From a virus (lineage: Duplodnaviria > Caudoviricetes): a DNA stretch of 47,118 bases. Made by a program: the position numbers and the translations under genes. Shown here piece after piece: positions 1 to 10,330 of the stretch. Below the pieces are notes generated by a model that worked only from the letters and a program-made list of their open reading frames with translations, did no database searches and was not told the origin of the DNA. Each line of letters begins with the position of its first letter. Positions within the stretch are counted from its first letter, which is position 1. The stretch is taken from positions 1-47,118 of IMG/VR virus record IMGVR_UViG_3300033067_000480; one strand, 5' to 3'.

Positions 1-1
1 G

Positions 2-157
2 TTTCGTGACGCCTTACATCTACCAGATGATCACGAATTTAATGAAACCGAAATTGCTGCAATGAAGCAGCAAAGATTAGATAATTGGTTAGCTATCGTA
101 AATGCGCCACCAGTTGAGGAAGTAGTTACGGAAGAAATTGTAGTTCAAGGAGAATAA
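2..157 (+). CDS. 3' end of small hypothetical phage protein (partial)
   Basis: Open frame from the window edge (FRDALHLPDDHEF...VQGE*) with TAA at 155-157; GGAG SD for the next gene lies within it. Confidence 0.7.
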   Translation, partial: FRDALHLPDDHEFNETEIAAMKQQRLDNWLAIVNAPPVEEVVTEEIVVQGE

Positions 158-159
158 AT

Positions 160-3100
160 ATGGCAGATCGTTACTGGGTCGGTGGCAGCGGTACGTGGAG
201 CACTACATCCACAACTAACTGGTCAGCTACGTCTGGCGGCGTTGGTGGTGCATCCGTACCGACCGCTGCTGATAGCGTCTTTTTCAATCAGGCCAGCACC
301 TACACTGTGACGATGACTGGCGCACTAAACTGCTTAGATATTACAGTCTCTGCTGGCACTGTGACATTTGCTACAGGGACTTCTCCGACTCTTGGGGTGA
401 GAGGTTCAATGAACCTTATTGCAGGAACGATTTGGTCGTCTACAGGAACTATTACATTTAATGCAACAACTACAGGCAACGTAATTACAACTAACGGTGT
501 TAGCTTTACTCCGGCAATAGTTTTTAATGGAGTAGGTGGAGGCTGGACATTAGGTAGTGCATTAAGTAATTCAGGAAATGCAATAAATATAACAGCAGGA
601 ACATTTAATACAGCTAATTATTCTATTACATCAAACAGTTTTACAATTGGTGGTACACTAGCAAGAGCTGTAAATTTAGGTTCATCGACTATAACACTTG
701 CAGCAACTTCTTTGTTCTCATGCAATCCAGTAACAAACTTAACATTTAATGCTGGAACATCTACTATCAATTTTTCAGGTGCAGCAAATATACAGTCTGC
801 CGGGCTAACTTTTTATAATGTTAGTTTTACTGGTACAACTGCGGGTACTCGAACAATTACCGGATCAAATACATTTAATAATTTAAGTATTAGAGCACCA
901 ATTACAGCAGGTGTTAATGTAGTTACTATTGATTCAAGTCAAACTATTAACGGTACATTTTCTACTGTAAGTACATTAGGTTATTGTAGAGTTTTAATTA
1001 GTAGTGCAACTACTGATTTATGTCAATCTCTAATACTAAATGGTACAGCCAGTATATCAGATTGTGATTTTAAAGATATAATTGTTCAAAGTACTTCCGG
1101 CCCCATCACAGGCACTAGATTAGGAGATTTTACAGGCTGTAGTGGTATTAATTTTTCTGCTCCAAAAACCGTCTATTGGTCGAACACTGCAGGAGGTGCT
1201 TGGTACAGTGATAGTTGGGCCTCCACAGACGGTGGTGTACCAGATCACAGCAATTTTCCACTCCCACAAGATATTGCCCTAATAACAAACACAGTTTCTA
1301 CCTCAGCTACTATAACCTTACATACAATGGTAGGTAATATTAATGCGTCTGCTAGAACTTCCCCTCTTACCTTCAGTCTTTCAACTTCTGCTACAAACAC
1401 CGATGTCTATGGAGATTTAATTCTAGGAGCACCGACTGGTATCGCTTTTAATAGTAGAGCGTTAAATTTTTGTGGAGAAAAAACACAAGTGTTATCTCCA
1501 GCAGGACAAACATTATCCGGGGATTTATTAGTTAATAGTATACGTGGTAGTTTAGAATTAGCAGGAGCATTAACGATTGCTGCAGGATATTCAATTTCTG
1601 TTCAAAATGGAACATTTGATACAAAAAATTATACTGTAACTGTTGATAGTATCCGTTCGAATTATTCTAGTTTACGAACCATCAAGTTAGGATCGAGCAC
1701 TGTAACTTTAAGAAATAATCCTTATTTTGATTTTACAACTAATACTAATCTAACATTTGATGCAGGTACGTCTACTGTTAATGCTACGGGTGGAACAAGT
1801 CCAAATTTTACACTTGCCAGTGGTGTAGCTTTTTATAATGTAAATTTTACTAATACCAACAGTGTAGATATACTGATTGGCAGTAACACTATTTTTAATA
1901 ATTTAAGTATTCCAACCAGTACTTCACTTTTAAGATACGTAAGTTTTGCAGGTAATACAACAATTAATGGAACACTTACTGCTGTAGGTGGTGCATTTGG
2001 TAGCCCTACTAACGAAAGTAGAATATTTTTATATTCAAGCACACTCAACTCACCAGTTAATTTAACAGTTAACGTATTGAATGCATCTAAGTGTGATTTT
2101 AGAGATATTACTTTACTTGGCAATGCAGTTAATACATCTGTACCATTTGCAGGGGATTTAGGCGGCAACACAGGTATAGTCTTTCCAGCACCAAAAACTG
2201 TGTATTGGAATCTTGCGGGTGCTGTAAATTGGAGCAGAGCAGGATGGGCTTCTGTATCTGGAGGTACTCCTAATGCAAATAATTTCCCTTTGGCACAAGA
2301 TACCGCTGTATTTGATAACAATAGCACAGTAACAGGTACAATTACGATTAACGCTGCTTGGAATATTGGAAATTTTGACGCTTCTGCACGAACTTCCTCT
2401 ATGACCATTAGTTTAGGTACAGCTTCACCAAATATCTATGGTAATTGGAGTTTAGGTGTAATTACAAGTATTACTACCACCAGTGGTCAACTTTTATTTG
2501 TAAATCAAGGGACAAAAACTATAACTTGCAACGGCGGCGAGTTTTCTTGTAATGTTGTAATACAGTGTAATACAGGTACTGTTCAACTTGCTGATGCTTT
2601 AAGACTTACTTCAATAAGACGTTTAACATTAGTCAGCGGCACATTTGATGCAGTTAGTTATAATGTTACAATAGGTGCATTTAGTGCCGAGACTGCCGGT
2701 GCTACTTTAAAGATGGGAAGTGGTACGTGGACCTTATCAGGAACAGGTACAACTGTTTGGTATATTTCTAATACACTTGTAAATCTTTATAAAGGTACAG
2801 CAGATATTATCTTATCAGATAATACAACCAGTGCAAGAACTTTCGGTGCTGCTGGAACATCTTATTCTTATAATAAATTAACGATCGGTGGTAATACAAG
2901 TACTTCGACCACAAGTATAGTAGGAAACCACACCTTTACTGAACTTGCCAGTACTAAAACTGTAGCTCATACGCTTAACTTAGCAGCAACTAGTCAAACA
3001 TTCAATAAATGGACTATAACAGGTACAGCGGGCAATGTTGTAGCAATTAGTGGCTCAGGTGGCTCTGGTCACACACTTGCTGGTCCGGCTGTAAGTGGAG

Positions 3101-5334
3101 TAGATTATCTTGGCATCTCTATTTCTCTTTCTTCAGCTTCTCATGCAGAATTTTACGCTGGTCCAAACAGTACAGGAGCAGGAAGTTCTGCACCAATTTA
3201 TTTAACTGCTAAACCAGCAGACCGCACTCTTTATTGGGTAGGTGGTATTGGAAATTGGTCAAGTACTAGCAAGTGGTCAAATACTTCGGGTGGAGCAGGT
3301 GGTCAGAGTCTTCCAAGAAGCCACGATAATGTTATTTTTGACACACTTTCAGGCACTTCATCATATCAAGCAAGTATAGATACTACAGCCCGTTGTAATT
3401 CCTTGACAATATCTGGACCTTCCTCTGGAAGTCTAACACTAGCTGGTGCTGCTCAGTTAATCTTACATCAAGGACTTACATTTCCAGCCACTGGGATGAT
3501 TAGAAGCTATTCAGGTTCGATTGTTCTTTCAGGGTCTGGAACCGGAAAATTATTTACAACAAATGGTGTTATTCTTAATAATACAATTACCGTTAATAGT
3601 GCAGATTGTACTTGGGCTTTAGGTAGTGCTTTAAATAATAGTGCAGCTACTGTTAATATTTCAAGTGGAGCACTAGAACTAGGAACTTACAATTTGACTG
3701 CAGGGTCAATTTCTTCTGCTACGACTACATCAAGAAGTTTAAATCTAGGTTCAAGCAGTATTTCACTGTCCAGTTCGACTCCAATAGATTTTGGAACAAG
3801 CGCACCAGTTATAGATTTGTTGAATTTTTCAGCTGGAACATCGACTATAAGTTGCACAAGTGCTTCAAATCCTATATTTAATGGAGCTGGTGAAATATTT
3901 TATAATGTAAGTTTTACTAGTACTCAAAATACTCAATTCCATATAACGGGTTCTAATACTTTTAATAACTTAACATTAGCTGCTGTATCGGTTGTAGGGG
4001 TTCGACCTATATATATTTATGCCAATCAAATTATCAACGGAACACTTACGGCTGGTGGCAGTAGTCCAACTACAAGAGGCTTTCTACTTTCGAATACTTT
4101 TGGTACTCAGCGGACATTAACATGTAATGCTGTAAGTCTATCTGATCTAGATATCCAAGATATTGCTTTTGCTGGAACAGCAGTACCAGTATCTGGTGTT
4201 AGACTTGGAGATTGTAAGGGAAATACTGGTGTTGATTTTCCTGCAGCTAAAACTGTTTACTGGAATTTAGCTAACGGTGGTAACTTTACTAACAATGCTT
4301 GGGCTACAAGTATAGGTGGTGCTGTCAATGCAGCTAACTTCCCATTAGCACAAGATACAGCAGTTTTTGCAAGTACTGGTTTAAGCAACTTAGCTACAGT
4401 TGGTCCTCCTACAACTATTAATTCTCCATTTAACGTTGGTACTATTAATATGTCTGCTCGTGGTACGGGTGCTGCTATGACTTTTGCGATGGGGTCTGCT
4501 TCATTATCTGTCTATGGCAACTGGATAAACGGAACTCAATCTGGAATTTCAGGTTCAGGTACGATAATTTTTGCAGGTCGGGCTTCTCAAACAATTACTA
4601 GCGCAGGTAAAGCATTTCCAGTTGGTATTACATTGAACAGCCCCTCTGGCACGTTAACGCAACTTGATGCCTTAACGTCATCATCGGGTAATACATTCAG
4701 TCTTCTTGCTGGTTCTTACGATTCCAATAATTTCAGTACCACTTTAAGTATATTTTCTACTTCTGGGACTTTACCTCGCTCAGTTAATGTTGGGACAGGT
4801 GTTTGGAACATAACTGGTACAGGGACTGTTTGGACTATCTCAAGTACTACTGGATTTACGTTTGTACCTGCAATTAATACTATTAATTTAAGTGGTTCAA
4901 CGGCTAAAACTTTTGCCGGTGGTGGACTTGCATATACAGGGATCAGTGTAAATCAAGGTGGTGCTGGTGCTTTAACTATAACTGGTAATAACACTTTTAA
5001 AGATATTACAAATAGTTACAGTGTAACTGGAGCATCAACTATTTCATTGGGTTCAACCATTCAAACCCTAGAACAGTTTACAGGTAGCGGGACTCTTGGT
5101 AAATTGCTAACAATCAGCGGAACTAGTGCTGCGGCACCGGCAAACCTATTTCTGACTGGCTCAACTGACACTACTGCAGATTATGTAAGTGTATCTAATG
5201 TGCGTATGTATAAGAGGAATATCGGTAATTGGCAGTTTGGCACTAGTTCTGTTAATCGTGGCTCTTATGGGGCTGTGTTTGCAGCTGTTATTGTTTTATA
5301 CAAGGCATTTAGTAACTTTTTTGCGTTTTTCTAA
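160..5334 (+). CDS. Giant G/S/T/N-rich repeat protein, putative tail fibre/adhesin (beta-solenoid)
   Basis: 1724 aa; five ~340-aa repeats starting YWVGG/KTVYW; lies upstream of the lysis genes. Confidence 0.65.
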   Translation: MADRYWVGGSGTWSTTSTTNWSATSGGVGGASVPTAADSVFFNQASTYTVTMTGALNCLDITVSAGTVTFATGTSPTLGVRGSMNLIAGTIWSSTGTITFNATTTGNVITTNGVSFTPAIVFNGVGGGWTLGSALSNSGNAINITAGTFNTANYSITSNSFTIGGTLARAVNLGSSTITLAATSLFSCNPVTNLTFNAGTSTINFSGAANIQSAGLTFYNVSFTGTTAGTRTITGSNTFNNLSIRAPITAGVNVVTIDSSQTINGTFSTVSTLGYCRVLISSATTDLCQSLILNGTASISDCDFKDIIVQSTSGPITGTRLGDFTGCSGINFSAPKTVYWSNTAGGAWYSDSWASTDGGVPDHSNFPLPQDIALITNTVSTSATITLHTMVGNINASARTSPLTFSLSTSATNTDVYGDLILGAPTGIAFNSRALNFCGEKTQVLSPAGQTLSGDLLVNSIRGSLELAGALTIAAGYSISVQNGTFDTKNYTVTVDSIRSNYSSLRTIKLGSSTVTLRNNPYFDFTTNTNLTFDAGTSTVNATGGTSPNFTLASGVAFYNVNFTNTNSVDILIGSNTIFNNLSIPTSTSLLRYVSFAGNTTINGTLTAVGGAFGSPTNESRIFLYSSTLNSPVNLTVNVLNASKCDFRDITLLGNAVNTSVPFAGDLGGNTGIVFPAPKTVYWNLAGAVNWSRAGWASVSGGTPNANNFPLAQDTAVFDNNSTVTGTITINAAWNIGNFDASARTSSMTISLGTASPNIYGNWSLGVITSITTTSGQLLFVNQGTKTITCNGGEFSCNVVIQCNTGTVQLADALRLTSIRRLTLVSGTFDAVSYNVTIGAFSAETAGATLKMGSGTWTLSGTGTTVWYISNTLVNLYKGTADIILSDNTTSARTFGAAGTSYSYNKLTIGGNTSTSTTSIVGNHTFTELASTKTVAHTLNLAATSQTFNKWTITGTAGNVVAISGSGGSGHTLAGPAVSGVDYLGISISLSSASHAEFYAGPNSTGAGSSAPIYLTAKPADRTLYWVGGIGNWSSTSKWSNTSGGAGGQSLPRSHDNVIFDTLSGTSSYQASIDTTARCNSLTISGPSSGSLTLAGAAQLILHQGLTFPATGMIRSYSGSIVLSGSGTGKLFTTNGVILNNTITVNSADCTWALGSALNNSAATVNISSGALELGTYNLTAGSISSATTTSRSLNLGSSSISLSSSTPIDFGTSAPVIDLLNFSAGTSTISCTSASNPIFNGAGEIFYNVSFTSTQNTQFHITGSNTFNNLTLAAVSVVGVRPIYIYANQIINGTLTAGGSSPTTRGFLLSNTFGTQRTLTCNAVSLSDLDIQDIAFAGTAVPVSGVRLGDCKGNTGVDFPAAKTVYWNLANGGNFTNNAWATSIGGAVNAANFPLAQDTAVFASTGLSNLATVGPPTTINSPFNVGTINMSARGTGAAMTFAMGSASLSVYGNWINGTQSGISGSGTIIFAGRASQTITSAGKAFPVGITLNSPSGTLTQLDALTSSSGNTFSLLAGSYDSNNFSTTLSIFSTSGTLPRSVNVGTGVWNITGTGTVWTISSTTGFTFVPAINTINLSGSTAKTFAGGGLAYTGISVNQGGAGALTITGNNTFKDITNSYSVTGASTISLGSTIQTLEQFTGSGTLGKLLTISGTSAAAPANLFLTGSTDTTADYVSVSNVRMYKRNIGNWQFGTSSVNRGSYGAVFAAVIVLYKAFSNFFAFF

Positions 5335-5335
5335 C

Positions 5336-5363
5336 AAAATCCCGGAAGTTACTCCGGGATTTT
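5336..5363 (+). terminator. Intrinsic terminator
   Basis: AAAATCCCGGA-agttac-TCCGGGATTTT directly after the stop codon. Confidence 0.7.
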
Positions 5364-5368
5364 CATAG

Positions 5369-5797
5369 GTGTTTAAAATGTTTTTAATTTTTAAAATTCT
5401 TCCAGATTGGTTCTGGTGGCTGTTGTTAACCAGTGGATTAATCGGCATTTTATTGAGCCAATTGCCTCAAGCCAAATCATATGAGATTATAATCAAAAGT
5501 CTAAGTGGTACACTGGTAGCGACAACAATTTTTATTCTTGGAATGTTATACAGCGATAATGCATGGAAAGCGGCGGCAGCTGAGCTTGAAGCTAAAGTTG
5601 TCGCACTATCCAAGCAAGCCGAGGCTACTAACGAAACCATAAAAGAAAAAACACTTACTAAATTACAGGTTGTTCGCGTACGAGGTAACGATGTTATTCA
5701 ATATATTGACCGTGAAGTAACCAAATCGGACGCATCCTGCGTCATCCCAAACGAATTTGTACAAGCACATAACCGTGCAGCAGAGGTACCAAAATGA
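5369..5797 (+). CDS. Rz-like inner-membrane spanin
   Basis: N-terminal TM segments, coiled coil, C-terminal Cys; overlaps a lipoprotein gene; start may be the ATG at 5378. Confidence 0.65.
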   Translation: MFKMFLIFKILPDWFWWLLLTSGLIGILLSQLPQAKSYEIIIKSLSGTLVATTIFILGMLYSDNAWKAAAAELEAKVVALSKQAEATNETIKEKTLTKLQVVRVRGNDVIQYIDREVTKSDASCVIPNEFVQAHNRAAEVPK

Positions 5798-6060
5798 AAT
5801 TGGTAATAATTGCACTAGCATTAACACTAAGTGCTTGTTCTACAGTTGTTCCAGTAGTTGCAAAATTCCCGGATGCTCCGGGAATTATTGCACAAGAAGC
5901 GTGTGTAGACTTACAAAAACTACAAGAAGCGCCGCCATTATCGCAAGTAGCTAAAACTGTGGTCAATAACTATAGTGAATACTATATGTGTGCTGCCAAG
6001 TTAGACGCTTGGCAACGTTGGTATAGGGAACAAAAGATTATATACGAAAGGCTTAAATGA
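5794..6060 (+). CDS. Rz1-like outer-membrane spanin lipoprotein
   Basis: Signal peptide with lipobox LSAC, Pro-rich segment, extra Cys residues. Confidence 0.7.
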   Translation: MKLVIIALALTLSACSTVVPVVAKFPDAPGIIAQEACVDLQKLQEAPPLSQVAKTVVNNYSEYYMCAAKLDAWQRWYREQKIIYERLK

Positions 6061-6686
6061 CTCATCAACTAAGTTATAGTGAGCTACAGCAGCTTATCCC
6101 AAAAAATCCCTATGTTAAGCAGTGGCACACTGCGCTAGCGCAGCTACTACCTGATTACGATATTAACACACCACAACGTATTGCAGCCTTTATAGCTCAA
6201 TGTTCTCATGAAAGTGCAGGTTTTACCGCACTTCGTGAGAATCTTAACTACAGAGCCGATACACTACGCAAGATCTCCCCGAAATACTTTCCAGACGATC
6301 AAACAGCACAATACTATGCCGGATTACCAAATAAACAAGAGGCTATCGCTAATCGCGTATACGCTAATCGTATGGGCAATGGCCCTGAAACTAGTGGTGA
6401 TGGTTATCGTTATTGTGGTCGTGGGCTTATTCAGCTTACTGGCAAGGATAATTATTCTTGGTTTGCAGCTAGTCTTGGTATTACTGTGGAAGAAGCCTCC
6501 CAATATCTGGAAACGTTTGAAGGTGCTGCTCAAAGTGCTTGCTGGTTTTGGGAAACCAATAACTTAAATCAGTGGGCAGATAGTGGAGATATTCTGACCC
6601 TAACCAAACGCATAAATGGCGGTACTATTGGCTTAGAAGACCGCATCAAACACTATAATCATGCACTGCACGTGCTAGGAGCATAA
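6057..6686 (+). CDS. Endolysin, glycoside hydrolase family 19
   Basis: AAFIAQCSHES, GDGYRYCGRGLIQLTGKDNY and TKRINGG motifs. Confidence 0.9.
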   Translation: MTHQLSYSELQQLIPKNPYVKQWHTALAQLLPDYDINTPQRIAAFIAQCSHESAGFTALRENLNYRADTLRKISPKYFPDDQTAQYYAGLPNKQEAIANRVYANRMGNGPETSGDGYRYCGRGLIQLTGKDNYSWFAASLGITVEEASQYLETFEGAAQSACWFWETNNLNQWADSGDILTLTKRINGGTIGLEDRIKHYNHALHVLGA

Positions 6687-6687
6687 T

Positions 6688-7521
6688 GTGAAAAAATTTA
6701 TAGTAGCACTAGCACTGTGCTGTAGCTTCGCACAAGCACAAACTGCATACGACTCTAGCACCTTAGTAGATACCAATAATACCTCTACCAGTACAAGTAC
6801 AGTAAACACAACTAATACCAGTACGGTTAATAGTACTAACACTAACTTGAATAGCATGAGTGGGTCTGTTACTTACAACAATAACAACGTCAATACTGGT
6901 GACATGACGTACACTAATAACAACGTTAATAGTGGTAGTATGACTTATACTAATAATAACAACAACGTTAATAGTGGTACGCAAACTTTTAATAATAACA
7001 ATAGCACTACTTCTGCTAGCACTAGTTCCAACAGCAATGTTAATCAGAATATTAATAGTGGTAGCATGACCAATAATAATATCAGCGATATTACTCAGCG
7101 AGTTATACAACCACCACCAACAGCTATTGCACCCGCTATGATGAGTGGCGGTAATCAGGATCTTTGTACAACGGGAACTAGCGGTAGTGTACAAACCCAG
7201 ATTTTTGGTGTAAGCACTGGCGGAACAGTACGTGACGAAAATTGTGAACGCCTAAAGCTATCCAAGACCCTATACGACATGGGCATGAAAGTAGCTGCAG
7301 TTAGTACCATGTGTCAAGACCGACGTGTGTGGGAGGCTATGATGAGTGCCGGTACTCCTTGCCCTATTGATGGTAAAATAGGCACAGAAGCAAAAGCCTT
7401 GTGGGAGGCAAACCCAGCCCGCATACCTTTAGAACAGAAGGCCAAAAATGATGATACTTATAAGAAAATTGGTATGGGCGGCTTGCTGGGCGTTCTTGTG
7501 TACAACATTTTTAACCGCTAA
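6688..7521 (+). CDS. Secreted Asn/Thr-rich protein with Cys-containing C-terminal domain
   Basis: Signal peptide; NSGSMTYTNNN-type repeats; C-terminal hydrophobic tail. Confidence 0.7.
   Translation: MKKFIVALALCCSFAQAQTAYDSSTLVDTNNTSTSTSTVNTTNTSTVNSTNTNLNSMSGSVTYNNNNVNTGDMTYTNNNVNSGSMTYTNNNNNVNSGTQTFNNNNSTTSASTSSNSNVNQNINSGSMTNNNISDITQRVIQPPPTAIAPAMMSGGNQDLCTTGTSGSVQTQIFGVSTGGTVRDENCERLKLSKTLYDMGMKVAAVSTMCQDRRVWEAMMSAGTPCPIDGKIGTEAKALWEANPARIPLEQKAKNDDTYKKIGMGGLLGVLVYNIFNR
6850..7080 (+). repeat. Degenerate in-frame tandem repeat (~33 nt; VNSGSMTYTNNN)
   Basis: GTTAATAGTGGT...AATAACAAC units recur about 4-5 times. Confidence 0.6.
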
Positions 7522-8788
7522 CGCACAAACCACACAACATAGCATTGGGGATGATAGTTATGCGTACGTGCCAATCCCTTTTACTTTTAACTACTACAAC
7601 AAGCAATTTACTGACTCTTGGATGTATGACAATGGTGTAGTCAGCTTCTTAAAACCGGGCACACCAGGAGCACTATCGCCCTGGCAGTGGGATGCACCAC
7701 AACAACTAAGTCAAGCTGGTGGTAGTTATTTTATTGCGGCATTGTGGGCGGATATTTCGCCTATAAGCAACACTACTTATACCACAAATAGCGACGGTAC
7801 TTCACTTAAGTATAGCTGGAATAATATCAGTGAATACTACAGTGGTGGTACTAGATTAAGCTCTTTTAGCACTACTATTAAGGAAGATGGTTCTATTGCT
7901 ACCAACTATTACTCACTTAACTTGTCAACAAGTAATGTACTAGCAGGTACCGTTGGTAACCCACAGGCCGGTGAAGTTACACAGCAGTATTCGGCTGGAT
8001 TCGGTACTGTGGTAAATACTGGTACCATACAGGACTGGAGTGTAGCTGGTCAAGAAGTATGCCGCGTTTGCCAGCCCACTACGCCACAAGAACCTGCACC
8101 AACCACATCCCAAGTTACTAGCATAGCAGAACCTGTAATATCACCAGTAGCGCCCGCTACTACAGCCCCAGCAGTAACACCAAGTGCTACAAATCCTCAA
8201 CCTAAAGCTGGTGAAGTAGTTGTTTCTGGTTCTCGTGATAAGGTGTCCACTCAGCAAGTATTAAGTATTATTCGTGCTGAACAATCTCGTGTTGCTGGGG
8301 TAGAAAGTGCATCGGTGCAGCAGGCAGCTCAGCAAGCTGAGCAACTGGCTGCTAAAACGCTAACGGATGCTCAAACTTTGGCCAGTATGCAGCAAACTTC
8401 TGGACTAGCCGCACTACAGGGCTACCAGCGTGAAACGCAGCTGGTAGCAGCCGCAAATACGGTGGAACAGGCTAGTACCAGTGCTCATGCTCCAGGTACG
8501 GGACTGCTAAGCTTAATAGCAGAGATACCACCAGCTGCCACCAACACTCAAACTACCAATGTGCGCAGCGCATCAGTGGACAATAGCGCCGCAGGCGGCG
8601 TAAGCTTAAGCAGTCTAGCGGTAGTACCTACCGGCTACTCAGCTTATTTAACTCAACTAACAGACAGTGTGTTTTATAGCACTCGTGAAATATACAGAGG
8701 TCAACAACCTGTAGACAATATACGAAATTTACGTGGACTCGGTTCTGAACTAAAGCATCAACAAATAGTTCAGAGCCAATATAGATAG
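7448..8788 (+). CDS. Secreted protein with NIDO-like N-terminal domain and Pro/Thr/Gln-rich linker
   Basis: Signal peptide; DD...IPFTFNYY...NGVVSF...IAALWAD resembles nidogen-like domains. Confidence 0.6.
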   Translation: MMILIRKLVWAACWAFLCTTFLTANAQTTQHSIGDDSYAYVPIPFTFNYYNKQFTDSWMYDNGVVSFLKPGTPGALSPWQWDAPQQLSQAGGSYFIAALWADISPISNTTYTTNSDGTSLKYSWNNISEYYSGGTRLSSFSTTIKEDGSIATNYYSLNLSTSNVLAGTVGNPQAGEVTQQYSAGFGTVVNTGTIQDWSVAGQEVCRVCQPTTPQEPAPTTSQVTSIAEPVISPVAPATTAPAVTPSATNPQPKAGEVVVSGSRDKVSTQQVLSIIRAEQSRVAGVESASVQQAAQQAEQLAAKTLTDAQTLASMQQTSGLAALQGYQRETQLVAAANTVEQASTSAHAPGTGLLSLIAEIPPAATNTQTTNVRSASVDNSAAGGVSLSSLAVVPTGYSAYLTQLTDSVFYSTREIYRGQQPVDNIRNLRGLGSELKHQQIVQSQYR

Positions 8789-8796
8789 GAGCCAAT

Positions 8797-9354
8797 ATGG
8801 CACAAGATTTAAACAAAAAGGTAGATGAACTAGAGGCTGCCGCTAAGAAATATGCTAGTAAAGATACAGTTATTAGCATTGGCGGGTACGAGTTTACGCC
8901 AGCTAAGCTAATGGTAGCAGCTACCCTTGTATCATCAATCGTTGGCGGACTTTATGGTGCTTTTGAAGTGTACAAAGACTATACCGGCATGAAGAAAAAG
9001 ATTGCTGAGTACGTAAGTCCAGACCTATCCCAATTCGATAAACGTCTAGCTGTTATAGAAGAAAATTCTTCAAAAACTACTGACTATACTCGTGATATTA
9101 AAAATGACCTAAAAACAGATATTCGTCGTAATGAGTCAGTAACTGAGCAGATTGAGCGTAGCGTAAAGCAATCACAGCGCGAAATGGATCAAGATATGAA
9201 AGCACTATCTAAAACCATTGAAGGCTCACTACAGCGTACTCGCGATGATATGGAACGCCTAAAGCGTGACAATGAGCAAAAGTTTGATCGCCTAAATAAA
9301 ACCATAGACGATAAAATTCAAAAAGCCATTGATAACCCACTAGCAGGAAAATAA
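8797..9354 (+). CDS. Single-TM coiled-coil protein
   Basis: AGGAG SD; one TM helix followed by a long heptad region. Confidence 0.75.
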   Translation: MAQDLNKKVDELEAAAKKYASKDTVISIGGYEFTPAKLMVAATLVSSIVGGLYGAFEVYKDYTGMKKKIAEYVSPDLSQFDKRLAVIEENSSKTTDYTRDIKNDLKTDIRRNESVTEQIERSVKQSQREMDQDMKALSKTIEGSLQRTRDDMERLKRDNEQKFDRLNKTIDDKIQKAIDNPLAGK

Positions 9355-9624
9355 ATGAGCAGCGATCTTAAACTATTTAAGTGGCTAGGAGTCCTAATCA
9401 TCTTGCCAGTTGCCCTGGCATTTTTTGGAGGTGATCGGTTCAGGTACCCTTGCCAAAATCCAGATAATTGGGATAAGCCATTTTGCCAAAAACCGCAGTG
9501 CGACGTTACACGTACTTGTCCAGAACACGTATTCAAGGGCCAGCGAGACCCTCGTCTGGGTATGCTGGCTGACCCTGCAGCTCCACAGACCCAACCATTT
9601 CCAGGAGTAACTTGTGGTAAATAA
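9355..9624 (+). CDS. Small membrane-anchored Cys-rich protein
   Basis: TM helix, then FRYPCQ.P.NW...C...C....CP. Confidence 0.7.
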   Translation: MSSDLKLFKWLGVLIILPVALAFFGGDRFRYPCQNPDNWDKPFCQKPQCDVTRTCPEHVFKGQRDPRLGMLADPAAPQTQPFPGVTCGK

Positions 9625-10066
9625 TTTCCTATACACCGACGAGCAGTTAATGGCTCGTCTAAAATTCTTTATTGGTATCTGCCTAGCACTAACACTAACT
9701 GGTATTGTGTTTGTTGTTCTTTATTCACTTATATTTGTAACACAACCACTAAACGCAATTAGCCCTATAGACCAAAAGTTCTTTGAGCTTATAGTGCCTA
9801 TTGCTACCTTTTTGACAGGTACACTAAGTGGTATTATGTTAGCTGGTGGTAGCAAAGAAGAAGTAGATGCTACACTTGCTATGATGAAGCAAGCACAAGA
9901 AAATGCAGCAACAGCAGCAAAAACCAGCTATGTTCCTCCGCGACAGGAACCAAGCTTTCAATCTGGGCTTTCTACTGTACCGGGATTTAACGGTACTGCC
10001 CTTGCAGAGATTCGCATGATTAATGGCAAACCAGCACCTCAGCCAGCCCCACAACCGGAGTTATAA
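9614..10066 (+). CDS. Two-TM membrane protein (holin candidate)
   Basis: Two hydrophobic helices; lies in the lysis region. Confidence 0.55.
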   Translation: MVNNFLYTDEQLMARLKFFIGICLALTLTGIVFVVLYSLIFVTQPLNAISPIDQKFFELIVPIATFLTGTLSGIMLAGGSKEEVDATLAMMKQAQENAATAAKTSYVPPRQEPSFQSGLSTVPGFNGTALAEIRMINGKPAPQPAPQPEL

Positions 10067-10251
10067 TGAAACAATTAATTTTAGTACTAGCCTTGGCTTG
10101 CTTTGGCGCAAGCTCTTTTGCCGCGGAAACAAAACGAGTTTGCTTGGATCAAAAAGATGCTAAAACGCAAAAAACCAAGCAAGTATGCAAGGATGTAAAA
10201 GTCCACAAAAAGCTTGAAGGCACTGCTGTGCCAGATAAAAAAGCCAAGTAA
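10066..10251 (+). CDS. Small secreted Lys-rich protein
   Basis: Signal peptide, two Cys; coupled to the upstream stop. Confidence 0.65.
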   Translation: MKQLILVLALACFGASSFAAETKRVCLDQKDAKTQKTKQVCKDVKVHKKLEGTAVPDKKAK

Positions 10252-10260
10252 AATTTAATA

Positions 10261-10289
10261 TTGACCAGTGTTCAGTGAGGTGGTATAAT
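10261..10289 (+). promoter_or_regulatory. sigma70 promoter for phoH
   Basis: TTGACC-N17-TATAAT. Confidence 0.75.
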
Positions 10290-10330
10290 ATTGTCTACCG
10301 CCTCACTTTTATATAACAACAAGGAAATCC

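Noticed and set aside
1833-2408. 191-aa antisense ORF and other antisense or alternate-frame ORFs inside large genes
   Set aside because: Shadows of codon bias in the real genes; no SD or motifs
160-5334. Diversity-generating retroelement target in the fibre-like gene
   Set aside because: No reverse transcriptase and no near-identical template/variable repeat pair seen in the window
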